A stretch of DNA of 32,000 nucleotides from Pyrodictium delaneyi (GTDB taxonomy: Archaea > Thermoproteota > Thermoprotei_A > Sulfolobales > Pyrodictiaceae): the NCBI RefSeq assembly GCF_001412615.1, contig NZ_CP013011.1:780001-812000 (forward strand), given 5' to 3'. The notes beneath the pieces are model-generated. The model was not told the DNA's origin, did no database searches, and was given only the letters and a program-made list of their open reading frames with translations. Shown piece by piece: positions 17,343 through 24,988 of this stretch; positions within the stretch are counted from its first letter, which is position 1; each line of letters starts with the position of its first letter. The position numbers and the translations under genes were made by a program.

Positions 17343-18278
17343 CTAGTGCTCAGCTGCTTCTATGAGCTCTGGGTTTCGGATCTTGAACCGCTCCTCTAGC
17401 GCTACAAGGCCGCGCTCGTGGTAGCCCCTGGCCTCCCAGTAGCCGTCGGTGTAGGCTTCGAGTAGGTGTATCTCGGTGAGCCACTTGGTGTGCTTCCAGC
17501 CGTATAGCCTGGGGAGTACTAGCCTTGCTGGTGCGCCGCGATCCCGGCCGAGCGGCTTCCCCTCTAGGCCTACAGCTATGTAGCCGTGCTCAAGGGCCTC
17601 CTCAAGCGGGACGACGGAGGCATAACCCCCGGCGCTGCGGGCTAGTAGCCAGCCCTCCCAGGGCACAGAGACCCCGGCCAGGCGGAGAGCCTCGCGTAGC
17701 GGGGCGGCGAGCCAGAGCTTTCCCTCGACGCTCCAGCCTGTGACGCAGTGCATGTCGAGTACAAGCCATTCAGCGGTCTCTTCGAGGATCCTCTGGTCTA
17801 TCATCGTGGTGCCCTGGGGCGTGTAGACCCTTATCGCGGCGCCGCTGGGCACTGTCTTGGGGAGCCCCTCGGCGGCGTAGGTGACGAAACGCGGTATAGC
17901 CTTCTGGCCAGCGGGCTCGCCGTCGCCGGGCTCGAGTACCGGCCGGGGAAGGTAGACGGGCGGCTCCACGGCGTCACCTACTCTCAGTACAGTGCCTTTC
18001 TCCAGACGCTCCCTGGTACTGGCGTCTATACGGGCCATGACGCTTGCGGGGAGCACGGCCGCAGCCGCTAGCACGACGCCCCGGGCCTCTACGACCCGGG
18101 CCTCGCCTCCGCTCCGCAGCGGGGTGCTATGTACCGTGAACCTCCTGCGCGCAAGCAGCTCCACGCTGTAATCCGCAGCTTCGAGCCCGTCCTCGAGGCC
18201 GAGGCCCTCACCTAGGAGGCGGAGGAGACCCTCTAGCGCAGCACGGGCCTCGTCTCGGGAGTCTATTCTGCCGGTCAC
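17343..18278 (-). CDS. Molybdopterin-dependent oxidoreductase (sulfite-oxidase/YedY-like Mo domain)
   Basis: DMHCVTGWSVEGKLW, GKPL...RGAPARLVLPRLYGWKHTKWL and GYWEARGYH are typical of the Oxidored_molyb fold. GTG start. No obvious twin-arginine signal. Confidence 0.7.
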   Translation of the reverse strand: MTGRIDSRDEARAALEGLLRLLGEGLGLEDGLEAADYSVELLARRRFTVHSTPLRSGGEARVVEARGVVLAAAAVLPASVMARIDASTRERLEKGTVLRVGDAVEPPVYLPRPVLEPGDGEPAGQKAIPRFVTYAAEGLPKTVPSGAAIRVYTPQGTTMIDQRILEETAEWLVLDMHCVTGWSVEGKLWLAAPLREALRLAGVSVPWEGWLLARSAGGYASVVPLEEALEHGYIAVGLEGKPLGRDRGAPARLVLPRLYGWKHTKWLTEIHLLEAYTDGYWEARGYHERGLVALEERFKIRNPELIEAAEH

Positions 18279-18445
18279 ACTGCAATCCGCGACCAGTATG
18301 GGCTCCTGCGCGGCTAGCCGGTTCAGGTAGGCTCTGCACCCGAGAACCTCAGCCGGCAGACCAGATCCCCTCCTAGGACCCCTGGATGAGCACCATAAAC
18401 GTCTAGGTGTTCAAGCTTGTTGCAGCCCCACGCGCATCTACAGTT

Positions 18446-18491
18446 CCTAGTAGAAATCTTTATCTATTAGTAGGATCGTTCCCCTACTAGG
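18446..18491. promoter_or_regulatory. Candidate vapBC promoter/operator: TATA-like CTTTATCTAT plus TAGTAG half-sites
   Basis: TAGTAG at 18448-18453. TAGTAGG at 18468-18474 forms an inverted repeat with CCTACTA at 18483-18489 across an 8-nt spacer. The TATA-like box lies at 18458-18467, and the site ends 7 nt before the vapB start. Confidence 0.3.
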
Positions 18492-18497
18492 GATAGC

Positions 18498-18737
18498 TTG
18501 GGTGAAGTGGTTAAGGTTACACGGAACTACCAGGTAACCATACCAGCTACGGTAAGGGCTAAGGCCAATATAAGGGAGGGCGACCTTGTAGAGGTGCTCT
18601 ACGATGAAGAGGAAGGCGTGATCAAGATCATCCCAGTAAGGCGTAAGAGGCTCACGATAAGGCTTGGGAGGAGGATAACGGTTGAGGAGATCGAAGAGGC
18701 GGTCGAGGAACTCCTCGACGAAGCCACTTCTCCCTGA
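18498..18737 (+). CDS. vapB: AbrB/SpoVT-type antitoxin (VapB)
   Basis: VKVTRNYQVTIPATVRAKANIREGDLVEV is a swapped-hairpin AbrB-like motif, followed by an acidic tail. It is immediately followed by a PIN gene. TTG start, with GTG 18507 as an alternative. Confidence 0.75.
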   Translation: MGEVVKVTRNYQVTIPATVRAKANIREGDLVEVLYDEEEGVIKIIPVRRKRLTIRLGRRITVEEIEEAVEELLDEATSP

Positions 18738-19128
18738 CACGAATGTACTCGTCTACGAGACGGTCGAGGATAGCCCCCATCATGAAGAAGCTGCGGACAT
18801 CATAGACTCTGCGGGCGAGATTATACTTTCATCGATAGTGCTACATGAGTATATCTGGGTTATGGTGAGGAAGCTTGGAGTGCCGCCAGGCTTTGTGGCC
18901 CAGAAGCTCCAAGAGTACTTCGGAGACCCTCGGACCAGGTACCTAGCAGAGCCCCCTACCGTGCTATACCAGGCTCTAAGACTGCTAGAGGAACATGATG
19001 CTAGCCCGCGCGAGGTCAACGACTATATAGTACTTGCTACAGCCATGTATCACGGCGCGGTGCTCACAACGTTCGACGAGAAGCTGAGAAAGCTAGCTAA
19101 GAAGCTGGGAGTAGAGACAGTCCCGTGA
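18682..19128 (+). CDS. vapC: PIN-domain ribonuclease toxin (VapC)
   Basis: LLPDTNVLVYE, LHEYIW, VNDYIVLATA and TTFDEKL supply the conserved PIN acidic residues. TTG 18682 is the only in-frame ATG/GTG/TTG before the DTN motif, which gives a 56-nt overlap with vapB. Confidence 0.8.
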   Translation: MRRSKRRSRNSSTKPLLPDTNVLVYETVEDSPHHEEAADIIDSAGEIILSSIVLHEYIWVMVRKLGVPPGFVAQKLQEYFGDPRTRYLAEPPTVLYQALRLLEEHDASPREVNDYIVLATAMYHGAVLTTFDEKLRKLAKKLGVETVP

Positions 19129-19141
19129 CAGAGCTGGCCTT

Positions 19142-19819
19142 TCATGCCTTGAGCTTTACCACATGTATAGCGGGCTCCTCGGCTAGCACATATAGCTCTT
19201 CTATGAAGCCGCGGAGGCGCGAAGCCGGTACCACTGCTACGCCCTCGACTAGCCTGGGGGCGCTCTCCCTTAGCACGAGGAGTGCGGGTACGATCCTCCA
19301 CTTGCCCCCGGGGAGGCCTAGCCGCCGCCAGTGGGCTGCGAGCTTTTCCACCCGGGCCCGGTGCTGTGCTGCTGCGGCGCGGAGCCGAGAGGGCGTCGAT
19401 ATCCTGGGGCTCCAGTGCTTACAATCGATAGCCACCGCGAGGCCTCCAGCTCTATCGAGCCCTAGCACGTCGAGCTCCAAGCCCCCGCGGCCGTGGAGCC
19501 GGAGCCCCCGCCGCGCCTCGAACCCCGCCTCGGAGAGGGCTCGAGCCGCGTACTCCTCGAACATCCTCCAGTCGAGGCCCCGCGCCACCACTGTCTCTGG
19601 TACTCCGAGCCGTACGGCGGCAAGCGCTAGCTCGATGCGCTCCACGACGCACGCTCTGTCGCTGTCTAGCTCCAGACCCCCAGCCTCGGCAAGCTTCTCC
19701 AGGGCGGCTCGGACTAGGCCGGGGCGCAGGAACAGTCTCGCAGCAAGCTCATCGACTGTGACACAGTCCTCCCTAGTTCCGAGTAGCGCGGCGGCTACAG
19801 CGGCTAGAGGCAGCGCCAC
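19142..19819 (-). CDS. Winged-helix + PD-(D/E)xK (Mrr-like restriction endonuclease fold) protein
   Basis: N-terminal VTVDELAARLFLRPGLVRAALEKLAEAGGLEL is wHTH-like. C-terminal FEEYAARALSEAGFEA...GLELDVLGLD...LAVAIDCKHW fits the Mrr_cat D...(D/E)xK pattern. The plus-strand ORF 19125-19835 is a Ser/Ala/Arg-rich shadow. GTG start. Confidence 0.55.
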   Translation of the reverse strand: MALPLAAVAAALLGTREDCVTVDELAARLFLRPGLVRAALEKLAEAGGLELDSDRACVVERIELALAAVRLGVPETVVARGLDWRMFEEYAARALSEAGFEARRGLRLHGRGGLELDVLGLDRAGGLAVAIDCKHWSPRISTPSRLRAAAAQHRARVEKLAAHWRRLGLPGGKWRIVPALLVLRESAPRLVEGVAVVPASRLRGFIEELYVLAEEPAIHVVKLKA

Positions 19820-20120
19820 AGCCCGAGGCCCCTAGATGGTGGCCCTCTGGGGTTTCGGGGCTTTAGAAGCCAGCTAGGCGGCTTGAGAGCGATTGACAGC
19901 AATTGGGTTGGGCATGGTCGGCGGAATGGACGCTGGCAAGCCCGCTGTTTGCCTGGATGGTTGTAGCGGGAGACACCGAGGCAACACCAGCCATGATGTC
20001 GAGATACGTGCTAGCGTTGATGCAGTGTAACCGTGCATGTACAGGTCGAGTGCTCCGGCGGGTTTATCCACAAATACGCTGTACACGAAGGCCTAGCATA
20101 GGCTACAGCTCCCGGGTACG

Positions 20121-22076
20121 GTGCCCCAAGGTATGCCTAGGAGGCTTAAGGGACGGGATGCTCTTGAGGTTCTGAGGCGCTACATGCCTCGGCTACGCTG
20201 GTGCCCCTTCTGTGGTCTCCCCGTGCTGGGCCGGGAGCAGTGCCCCCGCTGCGGGGGCCGCACCCTGGAGGTGAAGCTGGCGCCTCCCGGCGACCTCCGC
20301 CCTGCCTGGCCCGAGGAGAGGGAGCGGCTCTGGAGGGCGGCCCTCGAGAGCCTCGGAAGGGAGGCAGCCCGCCGGCTACTAGGCGGGCCGTGGGCGCTTG
20401 TTCTGCTCAACCCCGTGCAGAGCGTCGACGCGGGCTACGAGGTCATAGTGGACGGGCACACTGTAGCCGGTTTCTTCTACGACCCGCTCGAGGACCGGTG
20501 GCTTGTCCGCCCAGACCGAATAGGCGTAGAGATCCTCGCCGCTGAGGAGACAGGCCCAGTGCTCTATGCCGACACTGTGCTCCGCCCCGGGGCTGTGCTC
20601 CGAGGCGGGCTCCGGGGCGAGAAGCCCCAGTCAGGCAGCTACGTGGCGCTGGCTGGCCGGGGCCCGAGCTACGGTATCGGCCGCGTCCTCGGGGACGGCG
20701 CGGTCCGGGTAGTGAAGGCCTGGAAACGCTGGCGCAGAGTAGAGTGGAGGCACCGGCCCCGCGCCCGCAGCTTAGACGAGGTCGTGGAGGCTAACCGGGG
20801 CTGGCTCGAGGAGCGCGAGGAGGAGGCCCGTAGCTGGCTAGAGAAAGTGATACGCGAGACGGGTGCCAAGCCGCTAGCCTCTGTGAGCGGGGGCAAGGAC
20901 AGCACAGTCTCAGCAGCTATAGCGGCGCTGGCCGGCGTCGAGGACCTGTACAGCGTCGACACGGGGATGGAGCACCCGGAGACCCTGGAAACGGTGGAAC
21001 GGCTAGCCAGCACCCTGGGAGTAAGGCTGCACGTCGCATCACCGGGGCCTCGGATGTTCTGGAGAGGTGCCGAGCTCTACGGCCCACCTGCCAGGGACTA
21101 CCGGTGGTGCACCAAGCTGCTGAAGATGACCTCCCTAGCCAGGCTCCTAGAGGAGCTAGCACCAGGGGGCCGGGTCCTCACGGTGACGGGTCAGCGGGGC
21201 GCCGAGAGCACCCAGCGCGCACTATCCCCGCGGCTGGCCGGGAGCGGCACGGCAGGCCGCGGCCGCAGCCTAGTAGCGGCCCCGATACAGGAGTGGAGCA
21301 GCCTCGAGGTATTCCTCTACATACGGCTACGAGGGCTACCCCTCAACCCGCTATACCGGCTAGGCTTCGACAGGATAGGCTGCTGGATGTGCCCCGCCAG
21401 CCACCTATGCGAACTCCGGGAGACCGCCAGGAGGCACCCCGAGCTATGGGAGGAATGGGAGAGGCTCCTCCGCCGCTACGCCCGGCGCCACGAGCTGCCC
21501 CGCAGCTGGGTGAAGCTCGGGCTATGGAGGTGGAGGTGGAGCCTCCCAGCCGAGGCCAGAAGGCTAGCCAACCGAGCCGGCCTAGACCCAGACGTGACCC
21601 TAGGGAGGCTCAACACCTACGGGGCCATGACCGCACGGGAGTATAGCCGGGAGGGAGAACTGCTAGTCGCCTCTCCCAGCCTCCCCAGCGAACCAGACTG
21701 GGACAAGATGCCGGGGCTAGCCAAGGCTACCGGCCTAGCCTACAGTGTGGAGGACGATAACATCACCCTCCGGGACGGCAGGGTTTGGGCCCGTGTCACC
21801 CGTAGCGGCCGCGTAGAGATCCCCGCGGCGACGCCGCCCAAGGAGAGGAGGAGACTGGCAAAGCTCGCAGCATCGATACTCCTCATGGCCTCGGCCTGCA
21901 TCGGGGAACAATGCATGCTCTGCGCCAGTAGCTGCCCAGAAGACGCAGTCAAGGGCCCCGCAGTCATTGATGCCGATAAGTGCACGGGGTGCCGTGCATG
22001 CATAAACGCGTGTCCAGCAACCAACAAGGCGGAACAAGTAGTACAGCTCATCGAGGGCCTAGCTAAGGAGAATTAG
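20121..22076 (+). CDS. PAPS-reductase-fold PP-loop ATP pyrophosphatase with N-terminal Zn-ribbon/PUA-like region and C-terminal 2x[4Fe-4S] ferredoxin domain
   Basis: CPFCG...CPRCG zinc ribbon, SVSGGKDST PP-loop, RIGCWMCP, and C-terminal CIGEQCMLCASSCP plus CTGCRACINACP. The start could be GTG 20121, ATG 20133 or ATG 20183. Confidence 0.75.
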   Translation: MPQGMPRRLKGRDALEVLRRYMPRLRWCPFCGLPVLGREQCPRCGGRTLEVKLAPPGDLRPAWPEERERLWRAALESLGREAARRLLGGPWALVLLNPVQSVDAGYEVIVDGHTVAGFFYDPLEDRWLVRPDRIGVEILAAEETGPVLYADTVLRPGAVLRGGLRGEKPQSGSYVALAGRGPSYGIGRVLGDGAVRVVKAWKRWRRVEWRHRPRARSLDEVVEANRGWLEEREEEARSWLEKVIRETGAKPLASVSGGKDSTVSAAIAALAGVEDLYSVDTGMEHPETLETVERLASTLGVRLHVASPGPRMFWRGAELYGPPARDYRWCTKLLKMTSLARLLEELAPGGRVLTVTGQRGAESTQRALSPRLAGSGTAGRGRSLVAAPIQEWSSLEVFLYIRLRGLPLNPLYRLGFDRIGCWMCPASHLCELRETARRHPELWEEWERLLRRYARRHELPRSWVKLGLWRWRWSLPAEARRLANRAGLDPDVTLGRLNTYGAMTAREYSREGELLVASPSLPSEPDWDKMPGLAKATGLAYSVEDDNITLRDGRVWARVTRSGRVEIPAATPPKERRRLAKLAASILLMASACIGEQCMLCASSCPEDAVKGPAVIDADKCTGCRACINACPATNKAEQVVQLIEGLAKEN

Positions 22077-22282
22077 GCCCGAAGGGAAAGCCAGCGTAAG
22101 TGCCTCATCAAACTTGTATAGCAATGCTGGGCTAGAGCCTCAAAAGACTTTACCACAGAAAGATAACAATGTGTCAAGCCACGGCTACTCACTGCCACCT
22201 TGTCTAAACCCGAACAGCCAAGCAGCTGGCAGAACAACTCAATGTGGAAATGTGTGACGAGCAAGTAGACCAGCCATACGGT

Positions 22283-23161
22283 CTATGGCTCTTCATGGAG
22301 CTGCTCTGGCAGAGTCTCCCAGAGCTCCCCGCTACTAGGCGCGGTCTCACGAGGCTCCATTGCAACTAGCACCTCTGCTCCCCAGGGGTCTCGGCTCGGC
22401 TTCTCCAGATAGACGTGATTGTAGAAGATCCAGAGCATGGCGGCCACTGACGCCAGGTCCCAGAGCCTCGTAGGCATCGTCGTGAGGTACCTGTAGCCGG
22501 GCAGCTCGTAGAAGACCCGTGCAACAATGCCCCTAAACTGATCATACTTTGCATGCACTCCTACCACGCCACGGCCGTCCTCCTTCACGTACTCTACGCG
22601 GATTCTCGTGTAAAGGTTGTTGAAAAGTAGACGTGGTAGGAGGTCGCGCTGCTCTATCAACAGTATGCCGTGGCGTGGCTGTAGCTCTCTTACCCCTGCT
22701 AGTGCGAGGAGTAACCTCCAAGGTGAGAAGTGCGGGAGCGAACTCCCCCAGAGAAGCGCTAGGTCGAAGCAGCAATCAAGCTTTTGGGGGAGCCTAGCAG
22801 CGTCGACTGCAACAGTCTCGACTCTAACACCCTCCTTTAAGCCAGCCTTCTCTAGCCATACGTGAACTTTCTCAAGAATGCTAACGCGTAGATCGGTGAC
22901 TACCAGGCTGACCCTGGCGCCACGCCGTGCTAAGGCGGCTGCGAAGGCTGCACCAGCGATACCGCTTCCAGCTGCGACGTCGAGCACCGCTACGCGGTCC
23001 TTCTCGGCGAGGTAGGCGAGCCTCGTGGAGACTAGGCTGTGGGCATACTCAAGCAGCGTGTTGAAGCGCTCCTGGGCTTCTCTGGTGGAGGGGTCCTCCG
23101 GCCAGAGCCACTGGCTATAAAGTCTCTCAAGGGCATCAGAATAAGTGTTATCGGTTGACAT
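22283..23161 (-). CDS. Class I SAM-dependent methyltransferase
   Basis: Motif I VLDVAAGSGIAGAAFAAALA followed by the acidic VVTDL. The ORF is open to GTG 23176. I prefer ATG 23161 because a TATA-like CTTATAG (23187-23193) sits about 26-32 nt upstream, which suggests a leaderless mRNA. Confidence 0.75.
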   Translation of the reverse strand: MSTDNTYSDALERLYSQWLWPEDPSTREAQERFNTLLEYAHSLVSTRLAYLAEKDRVAVLDVAAGSGIAGAAFAAALARRGARVSLVVTDLRVSILEKVHVWLEKAGLKEGVRVETVAVDAARLPQKLDCCFDLALLWGSSLPHFSPWRLLLALAGVRELQPRHGILLIEQRDLLPRLLFNNLYTRIRVEYVKEDGRGVVGVHAKYDQFRGIVARVFYELPGYRYLTTMPTRLWDLASVAAMLWIFYNHVYLEKPSRDPWGAEVLVAMEPRETAPSSGELWETLPEQLHEEP

Positions 23162-23382
23162 GGTCCGTGCTCGCACCTAGTACATGCTATAAGCGTAGGT
23201 TTTCCTTATAACATTTGCTGCTTGGGTTCGAAGGAGCCGGCGCCTTGGGCTAATGGGGTGGACATACTGGGTTCAGAACTCATGGGCTCACGTCCTGCGT
23301 AGAAAATGCTCCCATTAAGGGAGGCTTGTGATAAAAACTGAGGAGGGAACTGATGTACCTCTAGCCCTCTCTTGGCTACGCG

Positions 23383-24012
23383 TTAGCTGCCTGCGGCTAT
23401 CTGCTGTGCTAGGTAGCCCCTGGCCCAGGTGTAGGTCTCGCCATCGACGGTGATTGCTGTCGCGTGGACTATGGTGTAGCCGGTTAGCGGCTGAGTCTTG
23501 GCGTAGCCTTCAACGGTTACTGTTGTGCCTGGCTGTATCTTGGCTAGTATGGTCTCTGCGGATACTAGGCCGCCGCTAGGGCTTTTCATCATGTATGGTA
23601 GTACTACCATTGCGGTGCCACTGCCGGTATCGATGACCAGCATGCGTGGTTCATAGATCTCGGTCACGGTACCGGTTACTGTGGTCTCAGATGCTGTTGC
23701 CCAGGCGCCTCGGGCGGCACCGTGGTGGCCGTGCCAGCCAGCGGCGCCGGCGGCTGCCATGGGGCCAGCTGCTCCAGGCTTACCAGCTGCTGGCATACCA
23801 GCGGCAGGGGCCGCCATTGGCTGCTGGCCCGTCGCCATTGGGCACATCGGGCAGTGTCCGTAGCCGGCTGGGTTGGCCACGGGCTTTGCGGGGATAGCAG
23901 GCGCAGTGACGTTAGCCTGGCCTATCCACCAGGGGCCCCACGCGCCCGCTATTGCTCCGCCTGCGAGGGCTAGGGCTACGATACCTAGTAGAGCTAGACC
24001 TGTCTTCGCCAT
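23383..24012 (-). CDS. Secreted or membrane-anchored Met/His/Cys-rich protein with OB-fold-like C-terminal domain (candidate metal-binding protein)
   Basis: N-terminal hydrophobic signal/anchor MAKTGLALLGIVALALAGGAIAGA, then YGHCPMCPMATGQQPM...GMPAAG...GPMAAAG..GWHGHHG, then the beta-rich TVTGTVTEIYEPRMLVIDTG...VTVEGYA...ITVDGETY. A perfect GAGGTGA Shine-Dalgarno (24019-24025) lies 6 nt upstream of the ATG. Confidence 0.6.
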   Translation of the reverse strand: MAKTGLALLGIVALALAGGAIAGAWGPWWIGQANVTAPAIPAKPVANPAGYGHCPMCPMATGQQPMAAPAAGMPAAGKPGAAGPMAAAGAAGWHGHHGAARGAWATASETTVTGTVTEIYEPRMLVIDTGSGTAMVVLPYMMKSPSGGLVSAETILAKIQPGTTVTVEGYAKTQPLTGYTIVHATAITVDGETYTWARGYLAQQIAAGS

Positions 24013-24173
24013 GCAGGTTCACCTCTCTTTTTCTTTCTGTGCTGCTCCGTGTTCTACTTCTAGGGTGTGAGGAGGGGTATACCCTTAGCTCACTGGAGGA
24101 GCACACCACTTGTGAGCAAGCTATAAATACCCGGGGTCCGTGCGGCGGCTTCCCGCTACATCGACTCCTCTTG

Positions 24174-24959
24174 TTAAGCAATAGTTACAACAGCTCCCTC
24201 CATGACTAGCTCTGCGAGAGCCTCGGCAACCCAGCTTACCCGGCTCCAGGGCCGCGGGCCCCCGGCGCGCTGCTCCCGGGCAAGTCTGTCAAGGAGCTGT
24301 AGTAGTCGACCTAGCGTTTCCCTACACGGGGGCTCGACTGGGGGATCTTCCCCTAGGGCTATCCAGACGGTTGCTGCCCGAAGCGTGTCTCCGGCCTCGT
24401 CAATTAACGTGCAGCGGGGCTCCACGAGCTGACTGTACCGCCAATACCGTTTCAGAGCGTCTAGCTCCTCTTGGAGCCCCCGTTGTGCCATCCATACGTG
24501 TACCTCCAGGTCCTTCACAGCGGTTGCGGCGACGTGCGCCACTAGGAGGCCCTGCTGGGCAGGCAGGTTACGCGGCAGCTCCACCAGGTAGTAACTCGGC
24601 CCAGGGTGTAGGATGCTGTGCACAGCCTCGTGAGCCAGCAGCGCGGCTCCATACTCGAGCCCGGCCAGCTCGCCTGGAACGACGTGTATCCGGGGTATCC
24701 CAGTCCACGCCTCGTAGGCTGTAGGGTAGAGCGCCGAAACCCCGGCACCGACCCGTAGAGCCTCCCCCGTAAGCGTCTCGGCCAGCTGGAGGGGGCTCTG
24801 GTAGAGGTGTAGCTCCACATAGTCAGGCTTCTTCCCGGGCTCGGCTCTCTCGTAGACTATGCGGAGCTGATTTAGCATAATGGAAATCGTGGAGCCGGGG
24901 ATGGGGCCATGCTCTATTACGGCTACAGTTACAGAGGCTAGCCGCTCTATGCGCCCCAA
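24174..24959 (-). CDS. Hypothetical protein with HExxH (HEAVHSILH) motif, possible zinc hydrolase
   Basis: 261-aa ORF with a TTG start (internal ATG at 24878 is an alternative). The only recognisable element is LLAHEAVHSILH. Confidence 0.45.
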   Translation of the reverse strand: MGRIERLASVTVAVIEHGPIPGSTISIMLNQLRIVYERAEPGKKPDYVELHLYQSPLQLAETLTGEALRVGAGVSALYPTAYEAWTGIPRIHVVPGELAGLEYGAALLAHEAVHSILHPGPSYYLVELPRNLPAQQGLLVAHVAATAVKDLEVHVWMAQRGLQEELDALKRYWRYSQLVEPRCTLIDEAGDTLRAATVWIALGEDPPVEPPCRETLGRLLQLLDRLAREQRAGGPRPWSRVSWVAEALAELVMEGAVVTIA

Positions 24960-24988
24960 AGCACGGCCCCCATCAGTAGGCTTTGAAA

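Noticed and set aside
18447-18740. 97-aa minus-strand ORF antisense to vapB
   Set aside because: The plus-strand frame encodes a clear AbrB/SpoVT antitoxin directly coupled to a PIN gene. The antisense ORF has no motif and would run through the vapB promoter.
19125-19835. 236-aa plus-strand ORF covering the same interval as the minus-strand wHTH/nuclease gene
   Set aside because: Its translation is low-complexity Ser/Ala/Arg/Pro-rich with no motif, typical of a stop-free antisense frame in very GC-rich DNA. The minus-strand product has recognisable wHTH and D...(D/E)xK elements.
19820-20120. GC-rich 300-nt divergent spacer examined as a possible RNase P or SRP RNA
   Set aside because: I could not find the universally conserved RNase P elements (GGAAAGTCC-type CR-I, ACAGAA-type CR-V) or the SRP helix-8 GGAA/AGCA motifs on either strand. 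The two short ORFs in the track there (19874-20086, 19903-20175) have no motifs. A cmscan would settle it.
23177-23382. Possible tRNA because of the GGGTTCGAAGG and GGGTTCAGAAC strings
   Set aside because: The flanking bases do not form 5-bp T-stems and no cloverleaf can be assembled. The strings are likely chance matches in a spacer.
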